The translations under genes and the position numbers were made by a program. A model generated the notes under the pieces. It was not told where the DNA came from. It ran no database searches and saw only the letters and a program-made list of their open reading frames with translations. Below, one piece after another: positions 28,259 to 37,154 of a stretch of DNA of 64,000 bases. Each line of letters opens with the position of its first letter. The stretch's first letter is position 1. This DNA is from an uncultured Actinomycetes bacterium (GTDB lineage Bacteria; Actinomycetota; UBA4738; HRBIN12): NCBI GenBank assembly GCA_963704725.1, contig OY969934.1, forward strand, positions 2,624,001 through 2,688,000, written 5' to 3'.

Positions 28259-29551
28259 TCACCCCCGGGATGCGGGTGTGGCGAAATCGTCGAGGGCGCG
28301 GGCGTACGACAGGCCGTAACCCTGCGCGAGCGTCTCCTCGGTCACGCCGAGATCGACGAGCGCGCCGCCCCAGCGGGCCAGGACGCGCCGCGTGGGGTCG
28401 GCCAGCAGCGCCAGCGTCCGCTCGATCGCCTCCGCGTACCCGCGAGCCGTGGCCTCCGTCCTCACCAGCGCGGCCATGTGCTCCCGCGCCGCCGCGCCGA
28501 TCCGCTCGCGCCGCTCGTCGTCCTCGAGCAGACCGCGCAGCATCGTCGCCAGCTCGGCCGGCTCGAGCCGGCCCCGCGGGACGTGAACGACCAGCTCGTC
28601 CGGCAGATCGAGATACGTCCCCGTGGCGCTGACCACCGTCGGCCGCCCGCACTGCATCGAGCGCGCCAGCGAGCCGCTCACCTCGCCCCGATGCGGGAAG
28701 CGGAGGTCGACCGCGACGTCGGCGGCGCACGTCCACGCCAGGAAGTCGTCGTCGCTCACATCCGTGCGGACGTGGACGCGCGAGCCGAGCCCGCTCGCGC
28801 GGACCACGGCGTCGAGATCGTAGGCCTCGATCCGACGCCCCACGAGCGCGACATGGACGTCGGGGGGAAGGGTCGCCGCGGCGGCGAGCACGATGTCGAC
28901 GAGCTTCGCGGCGTTCTGATCGCCGAAGACGCCGACCAGCGAACGCATCCCCATCACCTCGAGCGGCGCCCGGACGACGCGGCGCCGGGCGAGCGCCTTG
29001 CCGACGGCCTGATCGGTCTCGACCGCCGGATGCGGGACGACGAACACCGGCGTCCGGCACCCGAACCCGCGCAGGTAGCGCTCGACGAACGGCGCGTGGA
29101 CGACGATCCCCCGGGCCCGCCGGACGACGTGCGCGACCAGCGGGACCCGCAGGGGCTCGTTCACGACCGCGTCGCTCAGATCCACGAGCCCGGACGCGTT
29201 CGCCAGGCCCTCGCGGACGGCCTGGTGGCCGAGCGGATCGCCGCCGGCGATCATCCCCCGGACGAAGTCGTCCAGCGCGAGATCGTGGATCACGACCAGC
29301 CCCGGCGTCTGGATGGCGTGCCGGTAGATCGCGCGGTGGAACTCGACGTTGTTGCCCAGGTGGTACACGCCCATCGTGTGCCACGGGATCGTGCCCTCGT
29401 GCTTCGGCTCGATCGGCCAGATCGGCCGGATCCGATGGGGACCTTGGGCGAACCCGATCCGCTCCAGGCCCTCGATCACGGCGCGCGAGTAGGTGGCGAC
29501 CCCGGACCGGGCGGGCGGCATGGGCGAGAGCCAGGCGATCCGGGGATCCAT
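28259..29551 (-). CDS. GT4 glycosyltransferase
   Basis: SPMPPARSGVATY, YHLGNN, LRFPHRGE; start uncertain (alternative 29605). Confidence 0.85.
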   Translation of the reverse strand: MDPRIAWLSPMPPARSGVATYSRAVIEGLERIGFAQGPHRIRPIWPIEPKHEGTIPWHTMGVYHLGNNVEFHRAIYRHAIQTPGLVVIHDLALDDFVRGMIAGGDPLGHQAVREGLANASGLVDLSDAVVNEPLRVPLVAHVVRRARGIVVHAPFVERYLRGFGCRTPVFVVPHPAVETDQAVGKALARRRVVRAPLEVMGMRSLVGVFGDQNAAKLVDIVLAAAATLPPDVHVALVGRRIEAYDLDAVVRASGLGSRVHVRTDVSDDDFLAWTCAADVAVDLRFPHRGEVSGSLARSMQCGRPTVVSATGTYLDLPDELVVHVPRGRLEPAELATMLRGLLEDDERRERIGAAAREHMAALVRTEATARGYAEAIERTLALLADPTRRVLARWGGALVDLGVTEETLAQGYGLSYARALDDFATPASRG

Positions 29552-29669
29552 CCGGTAGTCCCACCGGAAGGCACGACGGGCGGCCCCCACGATCCGATTG
29601 CCCATGGTCAGTCGTGGGGAACTACCGCTCGCCTGCAGGCTCGCTTCTTCAGCCCCCCACACCCCTCTC

Positions 29670-30719
29670 TCAGTCGGTGAGCCGGGCGACGACCTCGGGC
29701 CAGCCGGGGACTCGTTCGCGGACGAGGGCGTGGCCCGCCTCCCCCATCGCCTTCGCCTTGGGCCGGTTCGAGTACAGGACGTCGAACGCGTGGGCGATGG
29801 CCTCGGGCTCGGGCGGCGTGATCAGGCCGGTCTCGCCGTCGGCGACGAACTCGAGCGGCCCGCCGGCGTCGGTGAGCGTGACCACGGGGCGCCGGGCGGC
29901 GAACCCCTCGATCGTCACGTACCCGTAGTCCTCGTCGTAGGGGCCGTAGTACACGCCGAGCGCGCCGAGGTAGAGCTCGTGCAGGCGCTCGTCGGGCACA
30001 CGGCCCGCCAGCTCGACCCGTCCCCCGAGCTTGTGTCGGGCGATCTGCTCGCGGATGGCCGGCTCATCGGGCCCGCCGCCGATGAGGACCAGCTTCACCG
30101 GCGTCTTCACGTGGCGCATGGCCTCCACGACGAGGGGCTGGCGCTTCAGGGCTTCGAGCCGGCTGGGGAACACCACCGCGTCGCCGTACGGTCCGGGCTC
30201 GCGGCAGAGCAGCGCCTCGGCGATGGGCGAGGGATGATAGAGGACCTCGCTCGAGAGCCGGATCGAGCCCCACAGGCGGTCCTGCACGTTGCGCGAGTTC
30301 GTGAAGATGCGCTTCGCTTCGCCGAGCGCGACGCGGTCGCTCTGCACCACCATGTCGCGCAGCGCCGGCCCCTCCTCCTGCTTGGACAGGTCCGCGAATT
30401 CCGGGTGGTCCCACAGCTCGTAGGCGCTGCGGTGCTGGTGGATCAGCCACACGACCTTGCGCTCGTGCGGGACGAGATACGCCGGGAACTTCAGCGCGAT
30501 GACCATGTCGATCTTCAGCCCGTTCGACTCGGCCAGGTCGAGCGAGCGCCACACCGCCATCTGGTGCAGGAGCTCGGTCGCCGGGTACCACTTGCCGGCC
30601 ACCACGACCTCCTCGGCCTCGTGGCCGGCGGCTCGCAACGCGCGGACGAGCGCCTCGGTGTGCGTCTCCGCGCCGCCCCGGACGAACGGCGTCTGGGCGT
30701 GTGCGACGGCGATCCTCAC
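29670..30719 (-). CDS. GT4 glycosyltransferase
   Basis: PFVRGGAE, EDYGYVTIE. Confidence 0.88.
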   Translation of the reverse strand: MRIAVAHAQTPFVRGGAETHTEALVRALRAAGHEAEEVVVAGKWYPATELLHQMAVWRSLDLAESNGLKIDMVIALKFPAYLVPHERKVVWLIHQHRSAYELWDHPEFADLSKQEEGPALRDMVVQSDRVALGEAKRIFTNSRNVQDRLWGSIRLSSEVLYHPSPIAEALLCREPGPYGDAVVFPSRLEALKRQPLVVEAMRHVKTPVKLVLIGGGPDEPAIREQIARHKLGGRVELAGRVPDERLHELYLGALGVYYGPYDEDYGYVTIEGFAARRPVVTLTDAGGPLEFVADGETGLITPPEPEAIAHAFDVLYSNRPKAKAMGEAGHALVRERVPGWPEVVARLTD

Positions 30720-31069
30720 TCGCCGCGCTCCCGCTTCAGGCGAGCCACCTCGGCCTCCAGGACCGCGACCCGGTCGGCCAGGGCGGCGGTCAGCTCGCCG
30801 AGGTCGCCCAGCAGCCGGTCGTAGCGCCAGCTGATGGGGCGGAGCAGGCGGAACAGGCGGAACTTGAGCCGCCGGCGCCACCGGGTCCGGGAGGACAGGT
30901 TTGGCTCGCCGCGCGGCACGATCTGCTTCTCGTCGTCCCGCATGAGGACGGCGAAGTCGTGCAGCGCGTCGCGGACATCCCCCGTGTCCATCCTGGAGCG
31001 GGGCGTCGCCTCCTCGGCCCAATACATCTCGCGCGCGAGCGCCTCGCGCAGATCGTTCTCGCTGGTCAT
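30716..31069 (-). CDS. hypothetical protein with C-terminal coiled coil
   Basis: MTSENDLREALARE...AVLEAEVARLKRE; stop overlaps the GT4 start. Confidence 0.65.
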   Translation of the reverse strand: MTSENDLREALAREMYWAEEATPRSRMDTGDVRDALHDFAVLMRDDEKQIVPRGEPNLSSRTRWRRRLKFRLFRLLRPISWRYDRLLGDLGELTAALADRVAVLEAEVARLKRERGE

Positions 31070-31177
31070 CGGCCCCCGCAGCGTAGCATCGGCCCTCGCC
31101 GCGACGGCCTCGTTCGAGAACACCCACCCTGGCTTCGCCGATCGGATGCGCGGCGGGATGCGGCTATCGTGGCCGGC

Positions 31178-31942
31178 GTGACCGAGGATCACGTGCTCGC
31201 GAACCGCGCCACCTGGGACGCCGACGCCCCGAACTGGGTCGAACGCGGGCGGGCCTCCTGGGCCGGCGAGCCCGCCTGGGGCATCTGGCAGGTGCCCGAG
31301 TCCGAGCTCGGGCTCCTGCCCGACGTGGACGGGCTCGACTGCGTCGAGCTGGGGTGCGGGACCGGCTACGTCTCGGCCTGGCTGGCGCGCCTGGGCGCCC
31401 GGCCCGTCGCGCTCGACAACTCCGGGCAGCAGCTGGCGACGGCGAGACGGCTCCAGGAGGAGTTCGACCTGCGGTTCCCCCTCGTGCACGCCAGCGCCGA
31501 GCGACCGCCCTTTCGAGACGAGCGCTTCGACCTCGCCGTGTCCGAGTACGGCGCGGCGATCTGGTGCGACCCGTACGTGTGGATCCCGGAGGCGGCACGG
31601 ATCCTGCGACCGGGCGGGCGTCTCGTGTTCCTGGGCAACTCCTACGTGGCGATGCTCACGTTCCCCGACGTGGGCCCCGCGACCGAGACCCTGCAGCGCG
31701 ACCACTTCGGGATGCACCGTTTCGAGTGGCCGGACGCGGAGGGCGCGGTGGACTTCCACATCACCCATGGGGCGATGATCCGGCTGCTCCGCTCGTCCGG
31801 GTTCGAGGTCGAGGACCTCGTCGAGATCCGGGCGCCGGAGGACGCCCTCGGGGCGAGCCCCCCGACCGATCCGCTGGCCACGGCGGACTGGAGCCGGCGA
31901 TGGCCGATCGAGGAGGCCTGGCTGGCGCGGAGGCGTGACTGA
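31178..31942 (+). CDS. class I SAM-dependent methyltransferase
   Basis: VELGCGTG, FDLAVSEYGA, RILRPGG; TATCGT -10 lies 7 nt before the GTG. Confidence 0.9.
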   Translation: MTEDHVLANRATWDADAPNWVERGRASWAGEPAWGIWQVPESELGLLPDVDGLDCVELGCGTGYVSAWLARLGARPVALDNSGQQLATARRLQEEFDLRFPLVHASAERPPFRDERFDLAVSEYGAAIWCDPYVWIPEAARILRPGGRLVFLGNSYVAMLTFPDVGPATETLQRDHFGMHRFEWPDAEGAVDFHITHGAMIRLLRSSGFEVEDLVEIRAPEDALGASPPTDPLATADWSRRWPIEEAWLARRRD

Positions 31943-32134
31943 GACCTCGCACCGCAGGGTGGGGCGAGCGTACGTTCGGGCGCCGGCCTGCGTAGGCGAA
32001 ATACCGCGGCGACGGGATGCCCGGGGCGCTGTCCCCCGACAGGCTTACGGCACTCACGAACACGGGAGACCGAGATCGACGCGGGTCGAAACGTCGGCAC
32101 GACCGAGCCCGGCGCAGGGCGGGCGAGCGGGTAC

Positions 32135-32428
32135 GTGCCCCGGACGCGGAGCGACGTCCTCGCGCTGGACATGGGCGACGGGGTCATCCTCTACGACCAG
32201 CACTCGAGCCTGGTTCATCACCTGAACCCCTCGGCGTCGGTCCTGTGGAACCTGTGCGACGGGGAGGCGGACGGCACCGAGCTGGCCGCCGAGATCGCCG
32301 AGGCGTTCGGGCTGGATCGCGACGCCGTCGCGGCTCAGGTCGAGGGCTTCATCCAGGAGCTGGACGCGCTCGGGCTCATCGAGGACGCCGGCGGGGCCGA
32401 GAGGCCGACCGCGACGGACGGCTCGTGA
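32135..32428 (+). CDS. PqqD family peptide chaperone / RiPP recognition element
   Basis: ILYD...VHHLNPSASVLWNLCDG...IAEAF...FIQELDALGLI; start may lie further upstream. Confidence 0.9.
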   Translation: MPRTRSDVLALDMGDGVILYDQHSSLVHHLNPSASVLWNLCDGEADGTELAAEIAEAFGLDRDAVAAQVEGFIQELDALGLIEDAGGAERPTATDGS

Positions 32429-32451
32429 GCCCGGAGGAGGGGGAGCCGACG

Positions 32452-32862
32452 ATGGACTCGAGGGATGGGGAGCTGAAGCGGCGCGACTTCCTGCGCCGGG
32501 CCGCCGTGACGGGGATGGCCGCGGCGTGGGCGGCGCCGGTCATCCAGACGGTCGCGGCGACCCCGGCGTTCGCGCAGACCCAGGGGAGCCCCCCGTCCGA
32601 CGGCGGCTGCTTCCACTCGACGGGGACGAACGGCGGCTGCATGCCCGCCTGCGCGGACCTCGCCGGCTGCGGCGGGAACCAGTGCGGCGGCAACAACCCG
32701 AACAGCGCGAACGGGCCGTGCACCGCGTACTGCCCGCCGGGAGCGGGCGGCGGCAACCCGTGCTGCAACCCCGGCCTGTGCGACCCGGCCAACTTCACGT
32801 GCAGCACGTCCCAGAACGGCGTGGCGACGTACAACGGGTCGCTGGCCGGCTGCGCCGGCTGA
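32452..32862 (+). CDS. Tat-signal Cys-rich peptide, candidate RiPP-like precursor (136 aa)
   Basis: SD GGAGGAGG; KRRDFLRR; AWAAPVIQTV; PAFA cleavage site; Gly/Asn-rich core with 12 Cys. Confidence 0.85.
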   Translation: MDSRDGELKRRDFLRRAAVTGMAAAWAAPVIQTVAATPAFAQTQGSPPSDGGCFHSTGTNGGCMPACADLAGCGGNQCGGNNPNSANGPCTAYCPPGAGGGNPCCNPGLCDPANFTCSTSQNGVATYNGSLAGCAG

Positions 32863-32879
32863 ACACGAGCGGCGGACCG

Positions 32880-32907
32880 AGAGCGGCGGGCGTTCGCCCG
32901 CCGCTCT
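32880..32907. terminator. hairpin between convergent precursor and kinase genes
   Basis: AGAGCGGCGGGC-GTTC-GCCCGCCGCTCT perfect stem. Confidence 0.7.
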
Positions 32908-32913
32908 TGCGCG

Positions 32914-33789
32914 TCAGCCCGGAGGGAATCGCTCGTCCAGGAGCTCGGCCCGCTCCGGTGGGGTCCCTCCGGCCAGCTCGAACGCCTCGGCCCGCTCCGC
33001 GACCCGCGAGAGCAGGATCACCCCCCGCTCCGCGTACCGGTACAGGTTCGTCGAGTGCGCGGCCATCCGCTCGACCGCACCGGCCCGGGTGACCGGCGTG
33101 AGCCGCGGGGGGCCCACACGATCCTCCCCGATGAACACGATCCATCGGGGGTCCGTCGGCCCCGCGACCGTCGCGCCGAGGTCCTCCGGGCGCACGTGCC
33201 TGGTGGGGAGCCCGGCGCCGAGCCCCCCGCGGTCCTCGAGGCGCTCGTGCAGGTCTCCGAAGAACGCGAGCGCCTCGTCGTCGACCGCGATCCGCCGCTC
33301 GAACGGATGGATGCGCCCGGTGACGGGATCGATCGCTCCAAGCTCGTCCGACAGGTACGAGAACCCCCGCCGAAGGAGGCCGAGGACGAGCGAGGACTTG
33401 CCCACGTCCGGCCGGGCCGGCAGGAGCATCGCCTCACCCCTCCGCTCGACGGCCCCGGCGTGGATCAGGACGAAGTCGCGGGTGCGGGCCGAGACCTCCG
33501 CGTGCAGCAACCACACGGCGTGCGCGAGAACGCCGCTCAGGTCGTGCTGCGTATAACGGAGCGCGTTCCCCACGAACAGCGAGTACAGGGGCGGGTCGGC
33601 TCCGATGTCCTGCTCCTGCACGTACAGGTCGACGGGGAAGGCCGAGACCTCCGGCGTCGCCCGGCGGAACGGCGCGAGGTGCCAGGCCAGCGCCTCGGCG
33701 AAGCCCTCGTCCGTGGATCGGACGGTGAACGAGAGCGACAGCATCCGGTAGTGATCCTCTGCGACCCAGCCCGGGTCGAAGTCGTCCAC
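32914..33789 (-). CDS. HprK-related kinase
   Basis: IHAGAV, Walker A ARPDVGKSS, YLSDE, HPFER. Confidence 0.82.
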   Translation of the reverse strand: MDDFDPGWVAEDHYRMLSLSFTVRSTDEGFAEALAWHLAPFRRATPEVSAFPVDLYVQEQDIGADPPLYSLFVGNALRYTQHDLSGVLAHAVWLLHAEVSARTRDFVLIHAGAVERRGEAMLLPARPDVGKSSLVLGLLRRGFSYLSDELGAIDPVTGRIHPFERRIAVDDEALAFFGDLHERLEDRGGLGAGLPTRHVRPEDLGATVAGPTDPRWIVFIGEDRVGPPRLTPVTRAGAVERMAAHSTNLYRYAERGVILLSRVAERAEAFELAGGTPPERAELLDERFPPG

Positions 33790-33844
33790 TCAGCCGCCGC
33801 CCGACCGCACCGGCGCTCGCTCGTCCGCCACCTCGCTCACCCCC

Positions 33845-34711
33845 TCACTCGTGCTCTGTCGCCGTGGTCACGAGGAGCTCGGCGGCCTCCGGGATCGACC
33901 CCACGACCAACGTGGCCACCGGCACGGAACCCAGGAGGTCCTGCATGACGAGGAACGCCCGGTCCGTCCAGATGTGCAGGTTGAGGAGGGCCTGGGTGAA
34001 CCGGAACAGCGCCTCGGCGCGCCCGATCTCCTGCAGCTCCGTGGGGCGGCCGGGCGCGAACGTGGGGAACACGATCCACCCCGGGAGCGTCGGCTCGGCC
34101 GCCGCCCCCCGGAACTCCTCGATCCGGACGGGCCGCCGGGGCGTCCTCGCCCCCAGCCTGTCGGGATCGGCGAGCAGCGTCAGGCGCCGCCGCCCCGGCG
34201 CCCGCCCCAGCTCGGGGAACAGACCGATGTCCGTGGTGTCGATCAGCAGCGGCAGGACCGAGCCGTGCGCCCGGCGCAGCACCGGGTCCAGGCTCACGAG
34301 CTCGTCGCCCAAGTAGCCCGCGCCGCGGCGAACCATCGCCCCCACGAGCGCGGGCAGGTGCGGCTCGGGAACCGAGGGCAGCAGCAGCGCCCGCTTCCCG
34401 ATCGCCACGCCGCCGGCGCGGACCCGGATGTACTCGTTCGAGTGCTGCGTCGCGAGGTCGCGGACCCCGGAGATGATCCGGCCGGCCATCTCGTCCCGGT
34501 CGACCCCTTCGAAGATCTTCAGCGCACCGATGTACAGGCGGCTCTTGCCCCGGACGACCTTTCCGCCGGCGAGCACGGTGTCCGGACCGACGTCCGCCGA
34601 GAAGTGATTGACGGCTTCGGCCCGCTCCACGCGGAACGCGCGCAGGTGGGCGCGCAGGAGCTCCAGGAAGCTCTCGTCGGTGGCGCGCACGGTGAAGCCG
34701 AGGGCGTCCAC
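33845..34711 (-). CDS. HprK-related protein with degenerate Walker A (pseudokinase)
   Basis: Paralogous to the neighbour (FTVR, AGGV, YLGDE, WIVF) but no GKS; homology extends upstream toward ATG 34792 across an in-frame TGA. Confidence 0.72.
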   Translation of the reverse strand: MDALGFTVRATDESFLELLRAHLRAFRVERAEAVNHFSADVGPDTVLAGGKVVRGKSRLYIGALKIFEGVDRDEMAGRIISGVRDLATQHSNEYIRVRAGGVAIGKRALLLPSVPEPHLPALVGAMVRRGAGYLGDELVSLDPVLRRAHGSVLPLLIDTTDIGLFPELGRAPGRRRLTLLADPDRLGARTPRRPVRIEEFRGAAAEPTLPGWIVFPTFAPGRPTELQEIGRAEALFRFTQALLNLHIWTDRAFLVMQDLLGSVPVATLVVGSIPEAAELLVTTATEHE

Positions 34712-34855
34712 CGTGTAGTGATCCGTAGCGACCCAACCTAGCCGCTCGAGCTCGGCCTCTCAGTCGGTGCGCGGTCGGCGTTCCTCGACCATCCGGCCCC
34801 CTGCCCCGTCTCGTCGTGACGAACGCGGGTCACAGTAGCAAGCTGCGCCCGGTGG

Positions 34856-36220
34856 TCAGCTCGACGGCGCCCAGATGGGTCCGACGCAGTCGTCGCGCAG
34901 GGGGAGCACGGCCGGCCGTCGTGGCTCCCGATCGAAGTCGAAGGCCGACAGGAGGGGCGTCGCGTCGCGATCGCGATGGGTGAGCTGGGTGAGGCCCCAA
35001 TTGTCCTCGATGAAACGTAGCACGCTCGAGAACTCCCCCAGCTCGCTCGAGACCAGGCCCTGCTTGGCGTACGGGCTGATCAGGAGCATCGGGACGCGGA
35101 TCCCGAAGCCGAACTGGTCGACCTGAGGCGGCGGGACGTGGTCGTAGAAGCCCCCGTAGTCGTCCCACGTGAGGAAGATCGCGGTGTCCTTCCACATGGG
35201 CGAGCGCATGATCGCGTCGATGACCTTCGTGCTCCAGTTCTCGCCGTGGCAGAAGTTGAACTCCGGATGCTCGGACAGCTCGAATCGCGGCGTGATCCAC
35301 GTGACGGGCGGCAGCAGCCCCGCCCGGATGTCGTCGATCACGTTGTCGACCGGGTAGATGTGCCGCTGCCAGCGATCGGGATGCATGCGATACCGGTGGA
35401 TCGCGCTGTACGCGGACCAGATGTACCCGCGCTGGTCCTCCTGCGCCGCGTAGTACGCCCACGGGATGCTCGAGCGCGTGAGCAGGTCGCCCTCGGTGAG
35501 GAAGTCGAAGCAGGGCGCGACCATCTTGATCTTGCCCTCGCTGTCGTGCACCTCGACGAGCTGCTGGGCCGGGGCGTCGCACCCGAACGTGTTCGAGCCG
35601 CGGGTCGAGGGGAGGCTCCGTCGCGGGTTGTCGACCGCACCGCCCGAGGTGGCCGCGATCGAGTAGAGGTGGTTGGGGAACGACGGCCCCTGGGCGCTGG
35701 CGAAGAAGTTGTCGAACAGCACGAAGTCCTGGGCCCACGTCCAGTAGTTGGGGAGCTGGTCGCGGACGAGCTGCGAGTACGCCCACTCGGGGTTCTCGCC
35801 CTGCCAGAACCCGTCCATCGCGCCCTCGTTCCAGGCCTCGAGCGCGCACTGGTAGCAGTGTGGCAGGTCACCCGGCAGCCGCCCGTCGGTGCCCGGGATG
35901 AGGGGCCACGCCCGCCCGTCTCGCCGCCCCACGCTCACGCCGTTCGCACCGGGGAACGTGCCGAACAGGTTGTCGAACGTCCGGTTCTCCTTGATCAGGA
36001 ACACCACGTGCTTGATGGGGAACTCGGTCGGCAGCGAGCCGGCATCGAAGGCCTCGGGCGCCCCCGTCGTGATCACGCTCGGACTCGCCGACGCCGAGGG
36101 GGAGGCGGAGGGCGACCGCTGCGAAGCGTCGTCGCCGCCGTCGCAGGCCGCCGCGACCAGCGCGAGGGCGAGGAGGACGGCCGCCCAGCGAAGGGCGCGC
36201 GGGCTACGGGGGTGCCGCAT
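34856..36220 (-). CDS. phosphoesterase (phospholipase C family) lipoprotein
   Basis: Lipobox AAAC; [40 protein letters not shown]. Confidence 0.9.
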   Translation of the reverse strand: MRHPRSPRALRWAAVLLALALVAAACDGGDDASQRSPSASPSASASPSVITTGAPEAFDAGSLPTEFPIKHVVFLIKENRTFDNLFGTFPGANGVSVGRRDGRAWPLIPGTDGRLPGDLPHCYQCALEAWNEGAMDGFWQGENPEWAYSQLVRDQLPNYWTWAQDFVLFDNFFASAQGPSFPNHLYSIAATSGGAVDNPRRSLPSTRGSNTFGCDAPAQQLVEVHDSEGKIKMVAPCFDFLTEGDLLTRSSIPWAYYAAQEDQRGYIWSAYSAIHRYRMHPDRWQRHIYPVDNVIDDIRAGLLPPVTWITPRFELSEHPEFNFCHGENWSTKVIDAIMRSPMWKDTAIFLTWDDYGGFYDHVPPPQVDQFGFGIRVPMLLISPYAKQGLVSSELGEFSSVLRFIEDNWGLTQLTHRDRDATPLLSAFDFDREPRRPAVLPLRDDCVGPIWAPSS

Positions 36221-36301
36221 CGGTGCGAGGACGGTAGCAGCCCGACCTCGATCGGATCGGCCGGCCGGCCCGGTGATCGATCCCCCCGCCGACGCGCGCG
36301 G

Positions 36302-37135
36302 TCAGAGCGAGCCCAGCACCCCCCGGATCGAGGTGTCGAGCGGAGGGAACGGCGGGAGTCCGAGGTGTGGGACGAACGCGCTCGTCATCGCGCTGTACCG
36401 GGGGCGGGGGGCCCGCAGCGCGAGCTGGTCGGCCCGCTGCTCCTGCACGGTCCCCGGCAGGCCGGCTATCGATCTCGCCCGCGTCAGGACCTCGAACCAC
36501 GTCGTCGGCTCGGGACCGGCCAGGTGGTAGGTGCCGAAGCGGCCGGTGAGCGCCAGCGGGAGCAGGCGCTCGGCCAGGTCCCGCACGAACGTCGGGGTGC
36601 CGACACGGTCGACCAGACCGCCGGCGGGCTCCCCCACCGCCAGCCGGCGGAGCGCCCCGGTGAGGAAGTCCGTTCCCCCGCCGAACACGTACCCCGTCCG
36701 CACGACGAAGGACTCGGGCGCGAGCGCGCGGACGTGCCGCTCGCCGGCGAGCTTGCTCCGCCCGTACACGCTCAGGGGCCCGGTCGCGTCGAGCTCGTCG
36801 TACGGCGCGCCCTTCGCGCCGTCGAACACGTAGTCGGTCGAGACGTGCACCAGCACGGCGCCGGTCGATCTGGCCGCCAGCGCGAGCGACTGCGGACCGA
36901 GGGCGTTGTCACGCGCCGCCCGCGCCGGATCCGCTTCGCACGCGTCGACCTGCGTGAAGGCGGCTGCGTTCACGATCAGGTCGGGCGCGAGCGGCACGAG
37001 CGTGCGCATCACCGCGTGATGGTCGCCGACGTCGAGGTCCTCGTGCCCGAACGGATGCAGGTCGTGATGCGACGGACAGGCGTCGAGGAAGGCCCGCCCG
37101 AGGCCGCCCCCGGCCCCGGTCACGGCGATCCTCAC
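36302..37135 (-). CDS. rfbD: dTDP-4-dehydrorhamnose reductase
   Basis: TGAGGGLG, STDYVFDG, YGRSKLAGE, RPRYS. Confidence 0.93.
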   Translation of the reverse strand: MRIAVTGAGGGLGRAFLDACPSHHDLHPFGHEDLDVGDHHAVMRTLVPLAPDLIVNAAAFTQVDACEADPARAARDNALGPQSLALAARSTGAVLVHVSTDYVFDGAKGAPYDELDATGPLSVYGRSKLAGERHVRALAPESFVVRTGYVFGGGTDFLTGALRRLAVGEPAGGLVDRVGTPTFVRDLAERLLPLALTGRFGTYHLAGPEPTTWFEVLTRARSIAGLPGTVQEQRADQLALRAPRPRYSAMTSAFVPHLGLPPFPPLDTSIRGVLGSL

Positions 37136-37154
37136 GCGGGAGCCTCCGTTCGGC

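Noticed and set aside
31943-32063. Riboswitch upstream of PqqD
   Set aside because: Only a short CTGTC/GACAG hairpin is visible and no aptamer consensus was recognised; an Rfam search would be needed
32017-32451. N-terminal extension of the Cys-rich peptide ORF
   Set aside because: It overlaps the PqqD gene, and the strong SD and Tat motif place the start at 32452
32135-34711. Lasso peptide or PQQ cluster
   Set aside because: No asparagine-synthetase-like cyclase, B2 protease or pqqBCE genes; the precursor is long, Tat-type and Cys-rich
33790-34762. Genome-wide UGA reassignment
   Set aside because: Many genes in the window end in TGA at expected lengths with GTGA/ATGA overlaps
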